Positions 50,280 to 63,249 are shown, counted from the first letter of the stretch. The stretch: DNA of 64,000 nt from Tubulanus polymorphus (GCF_964204645.1 NC_134028.1:25788345-25852344), one strand, 5' to 3'. Numbers and translations are program-made. Notes: generated from the sequence alone by a model not told the origin.

Positions 50280-52777
50280 ATAACTACACCATTTTCTGTT
50301 TTTAAAAAAATGCACTTGAACATAAATTTTTATATACACCAAACACTTTAATCTACTTTATATTTTGTAAATCATGTAATGAAAATTAGTTGAAAGTTTT
50401 TAGATAATTCCTAAATGTAACTGCGAATAACTATTTTGCATTTTCTACTCTCGGTCAGTGATAACTAATTTCTTATTTCATCGTATGTTTTAACTATGAT
50501 ATTTACAGGACTGGCATTATTTAGATGTAAATGTTTGTATGTAATCGAGTGTTTAGTGCAGCTGATGATCGAAATACTGAAAACCTCCGAACTCTTTATG
50601 GATTTTGCGATACGTTCTGGAACTTTTAAAACGGGCGAGGGGCGAGAACAGACAGGACTGAAAAATAAACCTCTCTTGCCCGCGCGAGTGCGATAAACAG
50701 TTATAACGGACACAATATATTTGTGGGAGCGCAGTTTGTTCGCGGTAACAGTTCGTATTGAGAACGAGTTGAGTCGGAGGAAGTCTTCAGCGGAGTCGAA
50801 ATCAGCGGTGAAGTTCGGAATGAGAAACGCGTCGTGGGATTACAGTCACTGCGCAACAATCGTGTTTTTGCGTATTTTCGTGTATTGAATGCCAGTCCCT
50901 CTAAATCTGATCAGCTCATGTCTGTTTTTGTGTTCAGTATTAATGTATCTAGACTCTATAATTTTGTATTCCCATCACTGACCGAGTCGTGTTTATTGTA
51001 CTATTCGCGTTACAAAATTGCTTTGTTATCTAAAACTACATCATTGATTTTGTAAACCTTTGGTCCAAGTTGCTCGTGAGGAATTCAAGTATGACTGTAA
51101 GGACACTAGAGTCGACCAGTACTCGGGAAACGTGCCTACATAGAATCAGTGCACACATAGCCCTAGGGCCAGGGCTGTGTCTGTACGTCACACGTTTCTC
51201 GATAAAATGATACCGACTCGCGAACCATGCCAAACGTTTAAACATGGAGACCTGATTCAGAATTACCGTACTTGAAATTATTCTTATGAATAATTTTGAG
51301 AAGGGCCTGCGGTAATTTTGTTAACGGTTACCTGTCCCTCGCAGTCTGTCTTAATTCCTCTTAGCTTCTTGCTCCAGATACCCAATGTTAATTACGAGAC
51401 TTTACTGTAACAATGATTATATCGTAATATCAAATGTGGCCTCTATCAATTACTTACAATTTTTGATTCCGTAATCAGCTCTGGATTGATCGATGCCCGA
51501 TTTCGCATGCTTTGCCACCAATTATTTCAATTTCTCGAGGCATCCTTAAATTTTGGAAATTTTTCATACATTGCGACTAATTTGCTGTCTTATTCTTGGT
51601 CATTACGGATTCATTGCCACATTTTCCAATCAAAAGAATCAATCAAATCATGTATTTAAAAATTGCAGTATATTAAATCATTATTATTCAAGTGCAACTG
51701 ATTATTGTCTGCTTGTTAGTTTATCTAGTCACAGATGTTTCCTGTTGTTCTCTTTGAGTCAATCTTCTTAAAAATATCCGAACGCAACAGATCAATCGGA
51801 TTATGGAAATGTATTCAACGACGTCTTTGAATGACTTTGGAATGTTTGGAGTTAATGGTACGCAGATGGCAAAACAGAGAAGAAAGGCATTTCCTACTAT
51901 GAGGCACTAGAAAAATTAGTTCCAATTGATCCCTTGTCTACGTGGCCGATTCATTAACCACTAACTTAGCCCAGACTCGAAATCAGCCTGCATGTGGTTT
52001 AAACACTAAACCATCGCTATGGCTGTATTGGTAGACAGTTTGGAAATAGGTTTGGTCAGCGCTGTAACCGGGTACGGCGAAGCGTTAGACTCGGTGACTC
52101 TATTCACAAACAATGCCCTATATTCGCGATGAGTCGAAAAGATACACATTATCCGTGTAAGTTGGATGACGAGAGAAATCCCACAATGATTCAGTGAAAG
52201 ATGAAAAATTCTTGATGATGGCTAATCGTGTTTAGCCGAAACGTTGCTCAAAATATATACTCTTCTATTGAAGAATGTTTCATCTTTGACTGAATCATTG
52301 TGGAATTTCTCTCGTCAGCCCTATATTCGTGGTGTCTGTTGTACAATTACAGTAAGAGCCAGTGTATCTTTAAGATCACAGACGCCTATTTTAACCGGTT
52401 GTAATTCATACGCGTCGTTTAATGATAAATCTGTGGCACTAATCAGTTTTGTCATCATCAGATTTGACGTTTTTCAATCCGCAATATGTTGCCATGCACT
52501 GCTGTTGTCTTCTAAAAGATACGAACAATATTTGCTTTGTTCTCTAAAATTGATGCGTTATGTCAATTTATTGTTTGAAGAGATTAAGAGTATTGTCGCC
52601 AGGAGGTGATTTTTAAAGTTCTAAATTGGTCCTTCTTGTTTTTATCGCCAGAAAGCGCGATACCGTTCATAAAAGCACTCGCATTCGATTCGGGTGGTAA
52701 GTTTACGGTAATGGTTGATTCGGATAATCGTTATTTCCACTGAGAAAGAACATTACTGTTGTGATTTCAGTTTCAAA

Positions 52778-55700
52778 ATGCGACGCATGGCTCTTTTGAT
52801 CGCTACAATAATCAGCGGAATCATCGTTTCTTCAGGTGAGATTATAGGATTTAGTTTTTCAAAAATATCAATCGTTCATTCAGTGGGTGATTTCTATTAG
52901 GTTGGTGTATATCGGTTTTATTGTATCATATCCTTATGAAATATTGTTTGTTTAGATCTATTTAATCTTAAATGTTTCGTCCGTTGTGATGACCTACAGC
53001 GGTGGTTGATTTAGGTGCTGGTATCGACAGAGCTGTTCAAGCTGAAACCACGGACGGTATAACACGACAAGACTCGAATCGAGCCAAACGTCTGAGCGAA
53101 GAAGGTCCTCACAATAATGGCCGATATGAAATAGATGGAAAAGATCCATTCTACCACTTCTATAAAGGAGGAAGCAAAGATTGGGGTAAAGGATTTGATT
53201 GGAACTTACAGGAGCCCCCGACACCACCTCCTTCGACCCCGCCTGACTGGCACTCCGATGAAATCAAGTTCGCAGTATCCGATAAGGTAGCTCACGATGC
53301 CGGTAGCGTCGACGACGGAGAGCGATCAACAAAGCATTCGAAAGATTCTAAGACCCGTAAAAACAAAAATGGAAAACCAAGAAAAGGCAAGAAGAAACCA
53401 GCGAAAAAAAGACGCAGAAATAACATGGGTAATACGTGTGAAATAGAAATGTTCATTTGTTCTTGTAACTGGTTTTTCTCAGTTGGTTCTTCTATTATAA
53501 AGCCACTTGATAATTGATATCGCAGAACCAAACCCCGCGACATTCGCGGTTTTTTGTATATTTTTCTTCAGCTGCTGAAAAAAAGTCAAATAATGAACAT
53601 CGAAGAGTAAAACGATGGATTTCACAGAGCCGTACAAAAAGAGGCCGTAGACCTGGAAACTTTTTACCGATCATTCGTCGACCTGCCGCAGTCAGACCTG
53701 CGTTAGCTCATAATCCACAAATATCAAATACTGGCTGGAATCGTGGACCTCCACGTCCTGCCTGGGGTAATGTACCTACCTGGAACTCAAATCCAGTTCA
53801 ACCGGCGTTAATCGGTAGCCATCGTTTTATAGGTATGTTTTCATGATAGATTTGTGTTCTTTCACGACAACTTTTCTAAAATTTCTCCACGGATATCTCA
53901 GAATAATCGACTGTCCTTGATTTATTACAGAGAGTGGGTTTTGTATCTGTCGCATCTACGGTGACCCTCACTACCAGACATATGATAACGTTCTATTGCG
54001 ATTCCAAGGACGATGTCGATACACGGTCAGTAAATACGTGAACCCGGGCGACGATTGTCAGTTCGATGTCGAGATAAGCAATGAACGGGATTCATTTCGC
54101 GGTTTCGCGTCCTACGTTAAAACTGTATACGTCATGATCGGCGGAAAAGTCATCAAAATGATGAAACATAAAATAATCGAGGTACGATATTACGATTCTA
54201 CCAATTCGCGAATCAACTAAAATCTTGATGAATGTTTCTCTATTTCATGAGATAGCGATCTAAATTATTTCTTCAATGATTATGATTATCTTCGAAAAGG
54301 TCGACGGAAGACGAGTTGCAATACCTACCACAATTCCGGGTGGAATTGATATTCGACATAACGGTTTCAGCGTAGAAGTACATTCGAGTGTTTGCCAGTT
54401 GACGGTGTCTTTCGATGGGAACAAAGACGCAAAGGTCGCCGTCTGGAGGCCGAAATACAGCGCGCAAACAACAGGAATGTGCGGCAACTGCGACGGTAAC
54501 AAACGCAATGATTTCCGCACGAAGGATGGTTTAAATGTGTGGGGTTTGAGGAATGCCGTCAGTTTAGTCGGTAACAGTTTCGTCGTCGCAGACGATCGAG
54601 GCAATTTACCGCCAATGTAAGCAATTTTCGCCTCCTCTTTTCAAAAAACAATAATTTCCGCGTGTAAGTCGAATAAAACACTGTAATCTGACTGTAGTCG
54701 ACTGTACATAGATTAACAAGTTTCATGATAGAATTTTTTGCAATGAAATTCATCAAATTGAAACCACAAGGTTTCGGTTGTTGACTAAACAGCCATCATC
54801 ATGTGGAATTATTTATGGAATTATCATTTTTTCATGAATTCACCTGATGATGTCTGGCATCATTTTCATAAATTTAATCGCACTTTAAATTCTATTGTGG
54901 GACTTTTTAAATCATTATTCATAATTTTCGTGCCATAACGTTCACGTAACAACGCACATTGATGATTTCATATTATCATTATTTTTGTCCCATAAGTTGT
55001 AAGGTACCGCCACCGACTCTTCCACCATGTGACCCGTCGAAAAAGCAGTTATTCAGTTCTCGCGATTATTGCGGTATCATCACCGACCAGAGCGGTCCGT
55101 TTGGTCAGTGTATCAGTGACCCGGATGTCGACGCGAATCAGTTTTTCGACTCGTGTGTGGTCGATCTCTGTCAGGTGACCAACGACAGCATGTGGCAAGA
55201 TCAACTGTGCGAGGACATCGCCGCTTTCGTCGATAAATGCACGAGTGAAAATATCGCGCCCGGAAACTGGAGAAACGAAACCAAATGCAGTAAGTAATGA
55301 AAAACCAAATAATTCAATACTCGACGTTTATCAAGTCTAGTCTTCATGAATTTTTGATCATATCGATATTTCTCCATTCGCTCGTCTCTAGTTCCGGACT
55401 GTGGCGCGGATGAGCTGTACAGTGTTATGATGACTGGTTGTCCGGAAACGTGCGATAGTCCATTTCCGACCGCGTGCGACGAGCCAAAACAGGAAGGTTG
55501 CGCCTGTCGTGAAGGTTACGTCCGTCTAAATGACGCATGCGTGCCCAGGCAGAGTGCGGGATGTGTATTCGACGGTACGTGACTATACATCATTAAACCC
55601 CGTAACCAGAATTCATTGTCGAAAACAATCAAGAATCCTTAAAATTGAAAAAATTATCTTAAAAATAAAAAAATTATCTTAAAAACCAAGTCGAAACCAA

Positions 55701-56672
55701 CTTACGCCAGTAATCCTGAACTCCCAGACCAAATCACTTCATTTTCATGGTTCCTATGAATTTTAGAGTGTTAAAATTTGAACTTCTTTCAGCCAACATC
55801 TGAATGAAATTGATTCGTTATTTTTTGCCAGGTTACACGATGTGTGAATGTAAGGCTTACGGCGATCCTCATTTTATCACGTACGATATTGCTCGCTTGG
55901 ATTTCATGGGTATCGGTCGATTTGTCTTCTCTCGAGCCTCGCTCGACGATAGACCGGAATGTTCTTTCATCGCTGAAGTCATCACCGCTCATTACAACTC
56001 GACTAGATCCACGGCTAGTAACCCCCTCTCGTACGCTAAAGAAATAGATATCACAATAGGGGCCAATAAGATTGAGTTCTTGAAGAACCAAGTGGTCAAA
56101 GTGAGTAAACGTATCCTAAAATCAAATCAAACCAAATTACATTGTATAGAACGCCTTTTCACTGGTAACGATATTCAAAGGCGCTGGTGAGCTCCGGATT
56201 GGAACATTCAGTGCAGCTCTCAGGTTAGGTCCACCAGTTCAACACGGAGTTGCTTTCTACTAATTACGACAAGTTTTACATAAGAATTCTACTGCAAATC
56301 ATGGATCTGCAATATTGCGGTTCTTTCGAGATACTCAGGACTTTTTTGAAATGTATTTTCCAGGTGAATGGAGTTGTGCAAACGCTTCCTACACAGATAG
56401 GCGCTATTGAGTTGAATACAACTATACCGTCCGGCGTCAACGAGACTGGTGACGTGTTTCTGCATGTGGAGGGCTGCGAAATCAAGGTATTCTACGACGG
56501 AAAAACCAAAGTGGAGATATTGGTGGATAAAAACCTGTACCGGGGTCAATTGACCGGAATTTGTGGTAATTGTGACGGTGATAAGTCAAATGACTACGTC
56601 ACAGCAGCAGGCATCGATGTCGTTACGAAGATTGACAGAGATAAACTCGTGGGCGAATCATGGCGATTGTAA
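52778..56672 (+). CDS. Secreted VWD-C8-TIL-VWD protein (FCGBP/zonadhesin/tectorin-like modules) with a long basic N-terminal pro-region
   Basis: Signal peptide MRRMALLIATIISGIIVSS; VWD1 (CICRIYGDPHYQTYD...TTGMCGNCDGNKRNDF); C8 (YCGIITDQSGPFGQC...FFDSCVVDLC); TIL (CPETC...EGCACREGYV); VWD2 (CECKAYGDPHFITYD...LTGICGNCDGDKSND...GESWRL*); AATAAA near 56820. Confidence 0.9.
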
Positions 56673-58514
56673 ATCACAAAAAAAAACATGCTTAACAAAT
56701 TATGGAGTCTTTTTTCTGAATTCTTTATCGGTAATCGGCACATCTAGTTCGTAATATTGATGATTTGGTGAATTATACTGTATTTCGTTCGTATTCCTTA
56801 TATATCACTTGCTCTTGATAATAAACATATGCTATGAACTCAAAATATTTTTCATTATGTACTTTGGTCGATTCGTACACGACTCGGGATAATACCAAGT
56901 TCAACAAATACTGAATCTATTAAAACAACGAACTTCGAAGATTTAATATTTATTTCATAGATATCGTAAATCACGTAACCTTTTCTTTACATCATAATGA
57001 TTTTCAGGATTATCACATGGGCGTTAGACAATGTGGACATTGCACTCAGTTCCGAGCAATGGAGGACTTTCAAATTGTCTCAGTGACGTCTTATGTTTAC
57101 ATTTAAAAGGTGCAAAAGAATACCTAGGCAATAAAGCTCTCAAATTTAATGTGAATCATTAATTCTATTCTTTTACTCGAGGAATTATGCTATTTAACTG
57201 CGTTCCAGCTGTTAATGTTTTAGATTAAAACGATTAAAGTTCCAACACTTGCGTATAAACTTTATCCTCTTAGGAAAAGTGACGAAAACCGTCGGTACGC
57301 TAAGTGGCTTTACGAGTTAGTTCACCTGGCAAGGGATATACTGCCTTAGACAATTTTGATACTTGCGGGGATAGTGCCAAGCCATAGATGAATTAAATTC
57401 TTGACCAACCTAAGTGTTGGTCAAAGTAGAGAGTTATCCACTGCCAGGCCTTGACGCTAAATGTGAATGCGCAACACCACATTTGGGTTCGAAAAACTCA
57501 CAGAAAAAATTCCAAATCAAAACATGATATATCCTTTAACAATATGCTATTTACAATATAGATTAGATACAATATTTAGTGTGATAGAAATTTCGACAAT
57601 TCGTTCGTTGGTTGTTAAAACGAATCGCAATATCCACCTCCGTTTCATCGAGTGAAACATCCTTGGTTTCATACGAAAATTATCTCGGTAAATTTTCAAT
57701 ACAGTTAACAAATTCTACGTGTATAATATAATGATGGACGTACGTTTAGTGGAATACAAGAAACTACAGGGGCACTGTATAAAGTACATTCACATGGATT
57801 ACTTCTCTAAGAAGTAGACGTGTTAATATAGAAGAACTACATGAGGTTTTACCAAACATTTCTACATATCACAGATACGCATTGCATGCCCTTCTTTATT
57901 GTCATCTCCACAATCAATGTCGAAATACGTTGCCTATGTCAGAAAATCGACGGCGCGACTATTATATTCATATACTACTGTCTTGTAACCGTTTAATGAT
58001 AGTTTGCAATGATTATTCTTAAACAAACAAAACATCTTTCGGATTGTTTACACGTAGAAAAATACCAAAAATATTAAAATTGGCAATTTATAATCTTAAA
58101 CTTTTAAAAGTTATTTCCAAATCTCGATGTACCAAATGAGGCAGCAACAAGATTCATCCCAATCAGGTGTTTGTCTTTTCAGGCTGGGTGGTGTAAGGTT
58201 TTGAATTTCGAAATTTCCAATTATATACTTCGATTTGAACAAAAATCCTCTATGAGATCGACTTTATCTTTACTTCGCTTTCAAACCCAAACCAATTACC
58301 TTACGAACGTCAAATCAAAACAAAATTAATCAATCAAATAAATAAGAGGGGTAATTCCCTATTTCAAGACCAAAACAACGTAAAGTTTAATGTAGCAAAA
58401 TATGATGCTTCACGTGTAAAAATGTGTCAGCATCTTTCATTTTGTCATACTAATCAGATTGTAGAATTCTGCTCGTGTTTACAACATATCTGAACGGAAA
58501 TACAATAAATTCAG

Positions 58515-60258
58515 TTAGAAAGTTGTAAATTTCAGCGCAGCCGATACTACGATAGCAAACAACGATAGGTTATAACGAATTGTCTCGGCCGAACTCTTAT
58601 AACCCTTTACTTTATTACACTTATCAGTAGCGCAACAGTTTTCTGTCGCTTCAACTCGAGGTGGAGTTTTTGTAACCACCTGGAATCCTATCGCGCAGTT
58701 CGTTTTGACATCCTCACAAGATGCTATCAAAGTTGTATTGTTTCCATCGACGATTCTACTCAACTGCAAATTAAAAAAAAACATCAATAATCATCGGAAT
58801 AAAGAGGTTTTCAGTTTCTAGGCGCCGGCCATTTTGTAGCGGTCCGTCGAGGCCCGATTGTTGCGATAATTTTTTCTCATATTTGAAAAAAAAGTTTTGA
58901 TTGAACAGTCCCTTGCTTGATTAATTACGATCTACACGGCATTATAATGGAAATGATTATGTAGATTTTTGCTGGCGATTCTTGAATCATTATTATTTGG
59001 AAGTATATGAAAATACATAAAAATACCGAGGTACATACCTTGCAGACACCAGTCAAAGCAACGTCACAGGTATGAGATTCATTGACCAATGCTGCTGCTT
59101 TATCCGTTATACACGCATAGTTCGGAGTTAGAGTTGCCACCGTGTCACAGGTCAAATTATAACAAGTGATTTTCGTTTTCTATAACGTAGAATATAACAG
59201 GAAAGTAGAAAATACATGATTAATTTCTATGGAAATGTGAGAATTTAAGACAAAATATGCCGTACCACTGTAGTGGTTGCAGCCGCTGTAGTACTAATTG
59301 CAGTCGTTGAACCAGTCGCAGTACTGGCGGGACTTGCAGTATTTGTGGTACTAGATACACTATCAGTACTAGCGGTACTTGCAGTATTTGTGGTACTAGA
59401 TACACTATCAGTACTAGCGGTACTTGCAGTATTTGTGGTACTAGATACACTATCAGTACTAGCGGTACTTGCAGTATTTGTGGTACTAGATACACTATCA
59501 GTACTAGCGGTACTTGCAGTATTTGTGGTACTAGCGGGACTACTAGAAGTGGGATCAGTGCTAGAGCAATAACCTGAAAGAAAAACAAAATGGAACTCGG
59601 AATTCAAGAAATTATTTTCCACTGATACCGAATCGCAGTATAGGCTCAAAACTGCAAAACTGGCACGTGGCCAGCAGATGAAATACTTACCGCCCATGCA
59701 AAGCAAGAATATCGATAGCACGGCTAAAACGACAAAACGACAGAACAGTTCGAAATATAATAAAGAGACTAAATCAACAAATACATTATTCATTGAGAGT
59801 AAAGGGGTCCCAAACTTTGGAATCAAATTAGTTAATCAATGAAAACCAGTAAAAATTTGAATATTTTCAAATCAAAGATGAAACGCCGTTATGTATCTAC
59901 TTTGAATTGTTTATCATCCTTTATCCATTTCACTTTAAGCTGCTAAATTTATTTAACATTACTGGTGTATCAATATCTCTGTATTTATCGCAGTTAATTT
60001 TGAATAGAAGTTCCCTTTCGGTCAACTACTACTTTTTGTACATTTAGCATTCCTTTTCAAGGTTTCATATTATACAAGCCTTGCTTTTTCTGAAACCCCA
60101 GTTTTATATCACAACAGTATGTATTATCTTTCATATTGTACACATTGTTGCAATTCATCTCTGAAATAAATGAATGAATAAATAGTTCGATTGCCCGATT
60201 TCAACATACCCGCAAATAAATGCATGACCGCGAGTCCTTTCAGTTTGACAGAGACCAT
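58515..60258 (-). CDS. Ly6/uPAR (three-finger) fold protein with N-terminal mucin-like Thr/Ser repeats and a probable GPI signal
   Basis: Five exons join in phase: MVSVKLKGLAVMHLFA|AVLSIFLLCMG|GYCSSTDP-(repeats)-TTTV|KTKITCYNLTC...C...C...CK|LSRIV...SCEDVKTNC...CCATDKCN, then SSA plus the hydrophobic tail LSLFAIVVSAALKFTTF*. Ten Cys including CCxxDxCN. Confidence 0.8.
59320..59540 (-). repeat. Coding minisatellite, 45-bp unit encoding STTNTASTASTDSVS (four identical units plus partial flanks)
   Basis: Plus-strand unit CAGTACTAGCGGTACTTGCAGTATTTGTGGTACTAGATACACTAT repeated in tandem. Confidence 0.95.
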
Positions 60259-62969
60259 CGTCAGGTGAGCTGAAATTGAAATTATCGTTATGCTTCTATC
60301 AAGGACGAAACTGCGCTGTCCGTAGGAGTAAGATAAGGAAAGGAAGATGTGTGCGGTCACTAGAACATTGCCTAGTGAATTCGATTATTTTTCAAAAATG
60401 AATAAAAGGGACGAGAAATACGGTAAAATGAAGAATTGAGAAATAGATACATTAAAATTAATGTAATGTTGAAATGCGATCACTCTCTGATCGATCGGCG
60501 ATTTATTCAATCTACCAATACAGTACTGCCACGAAAAAAGAACCTAGTGACGGTATTAACTCAGTATCTTGGCTTCTACTCTGATGAATATTGTTCTTTC
60601 TCGTCGCTAGGGATGCAAAATGAAAATATTTACCTGTCGCTAATGGCAACGTACGAATTGCGGATTTTTATTATGTTCGCTATTATGTTATGCAATTGGG
60701 CGACGAATCGGTGAAAGCGTCATGGTAACCGCATTAATAAACACTAGCCGGATTCTTTAATGCATTTTTTGCGTGATTGGAAAGTAGTGGCTTAAGTTTT
60801 ACAAATAAATGAGACTGCCTCTGTTTTGTAGTAGATATAACCGTTACGGTTAACAAATAGAAACCCACAGTTAGGTCTGTAAAACAGTATATTTTCTTGA
60901 CAGTTTCGAAGCTATAACCAAGCCCCATCATCAGAAGAACAAAAACGCCAAATTTTATTTGTTAACTCTACGCTGAGATAGATATCAGTTAATTGCAGTC
61001 ATAACTGTAACGGTATTCGTGGACTGCTATTTTGCAGATAACCAGAGGAAGTATCGCCCAGTATCACCCATCCCCTCCCCTATGCGTTACGTCGCTCAAA
61101 GACGCCGAAAATAGTGAAAAATTAGATAAAATCTATAAACAATAAATTTCATGACTCTTAACTCATGTTATAAACATTATTGACAGTAGACAATATGAGC
61201 AATGAATACAAGTTATTCTTCAAGGCGTCAACAAACTTTTAGTTTTCATAATGTGATGGTTTTTGCCTCACACAATTTAGTATCGATGCAAATACACTCA
61301 AAAACTAGTAATTGAATAAGCTGATAATCGCCGAGACTTTCGATATATTCATATCATAGAACGTTTATCATAGTTATTCGATACCGGCGCTTCAAAATGC
61401 TCTCATAATTTCAGATATCAAACTGCTAAGTACGTACTCAAAATCATCGCTTATACCACTTGTCGACACCGATATGAAATTGAATTCTAGTCGATGTTGG
61501 CAAAAGACAATTAGAAAATTCGACACTTGTGAATTAACGACCTGAGACAGGAAATGAGACGGGTTGAAATATGTATAGCCTACATAAGTTTATAAAGATA
61601 GAATAAATATAGGAAAAATATCGTCAAACCGACGAAGGTGTCAAAAATCTCATCGATCATTCTATCTTATTTTAGAATAATGAAATATCAGAAATGATAA
61701 TAGAATTATCATAGAATAATTCATTTATATATTATCTAACATAATATCACATTTTATTGTAACTGAGTAAGAATGTTTTCTTTTCGGAGATTAGAATTGA
61801 TATATCTCTAAATAAGAACCTACCTTTTAATAAACCGATTGTAATGTTCGTTTTTTTTTAGATGAGAGTCCGGGCTTGCAGACTATGTTGTAAAGGTTGA
61901 TGCAGCGAGTTGCCGTAGCTGGTCACACATGGTTTCCACAACACTATCATAAACCATGAAAATTATTGTAGCTAGTCACGTGATATTGTAACCATAGTAA
62001 TGGCTAAACAAATCGAATTAAAAAACATCAAAAAGTCGACATCTCGGCGTGCGTGTCTGCGTGTCTGCGTGTGTGCGTGAATCGTTTGGACTGTGTGTAA
62101 GCGGTAGATGGCGAATTCGTCGCAAATTTCGATATATTTTTCAATTTGTTTTGAGAAGATATCGAAATCGTTCGTCTTGCGTCCACTAAAGATGATTGAA
62201 AAATAGATTTCCTTTCAATCTTCTGCCGGAATTTACAAAAAATTCTTCCGACAAAAATCAAATTGTCACTTTTTGAAGTAAGGAATACGGGATTGTTCAT
62301 GTTATTATTTTCTTATTTTTCTTAACAAAAATTTTGATTACTTCCCGAATGCTTTCCGTATCAATGAAGGGTTTTTTTCGGTTGCAATTTTAGCAATAAC
62401 CAAAAGATTTTAGCTAAACGAGGATTTGCATACAATAACTGGCATTCTTCTCTTTCTCAGTACACAGAAGCAAAACAATGTGAATCATCGGTCAGCAATT
62501 AGTCTCGAAATTAGTAGGGCCTCTTATTGAGCATCAGGTCCAGATTTCTATTATATGAACATCTACGAACTGTCTCGGATGAATCGAACATTCACTGATA
62601 GATTTATCGATCAATTAGCTTTTCATGTCTTATCGATCGATAAGACCGCTAGCTTTATTGATAAGTCGTGTTTAAGTCAGTAGATTCCGTGCTGATTGAC
62701 TGTTCTGACCCGTTATCCAGCGCAACTCCGACCTTCCGTGTTGCGCTGTCTACTCAATTTCACTCATTAAATGATGGCTGAATGCCACCCTTTTAATAAT
62801 TTAATGCTTTTATTGATAGTTTTGTGAGATAGCGGCGTGAGGTAGCGGTTTACAGCGGCAACTATGGAAACAATGGACGATCCAATTGAGCGCTGCAGTA
62901 TGAGTTGAATGTGTTACGGTGGATGGTTTGATGCATCTATCCAACAACCATGCTGCATCGGTTCTCTAG

Positions 62970-63249
62970 ATGATGCGGGCGTCCTGTCGTAAACTTATAC
63001 AACAAACAAACGAAAATATGGCGTCTTTAAGTTCAATCGAGAAACGCCTGCTGAAAGGATTCATGGTGGCTACTGTGGTTGCATTTTTTGTGATGATTAT
63101 ATCAGTTGCAACTGATTATTGGTTAATTCTGGACCTGAAGACGGGATTTTATCGAAACGCGTCGGATTCTTTTTTGTTGAAATCGTACTCAGGACTATGG
63201 AGAATCTGTCGCATTGAAGTGACCAATCATTCTCGCGGATTTCGTAAAC
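62970..63249 (+). CDS. Claudin/PMP22-superfamily tetraspan protein, first coding exon (remainder not identified in the window)
   Basis: TM1 (FMVATVVAFFVMIISVA) followed by TDYW...YSGLWRICR, the W-GLW-C signature; donor C|GTATGT at 63250. The start could be 62970 or 63018. Confidence 0.85.

Larger units (their letters stand above)
33426..51850. repeat. Tandem segmental triplication, unit about 6.33 kb (third copy about 0.6 kb short)
   Basis: The anchor AAAACCGGTCCCTATTGAATA recurs near 33494, 39816 and 46161, and near-identical ORFs recur at offsets of about 6.32 and 6.35 kb. Similarity ends after AATGACTTTGGAA near 51845. Confidence 0.97.

Noticed and set aside
59220-59588. Hydrophobic repeat ORFs (VPLVLIVYLVPQILQ on -, VLAVLAVFVVLDTLS on +)
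   Set aside because: These are alternative frames of the stop-free 45-bp minisatellite. Only the Thr/Ser frame joins the flanking exons in phase.
424-63249. Selenocysteine/readthrough codons, tRNA or rRNA genes, or horizontally acquired prokaryotic genes
   Set aside because: I met no in-frame stop in the exons I assembled, no recognisable structural RNA gene by eye, and every identified gene belongs to an animal family with spliceosomal introns. Small ncRNAs cannot be excluded without Infernal/tRNAscan.
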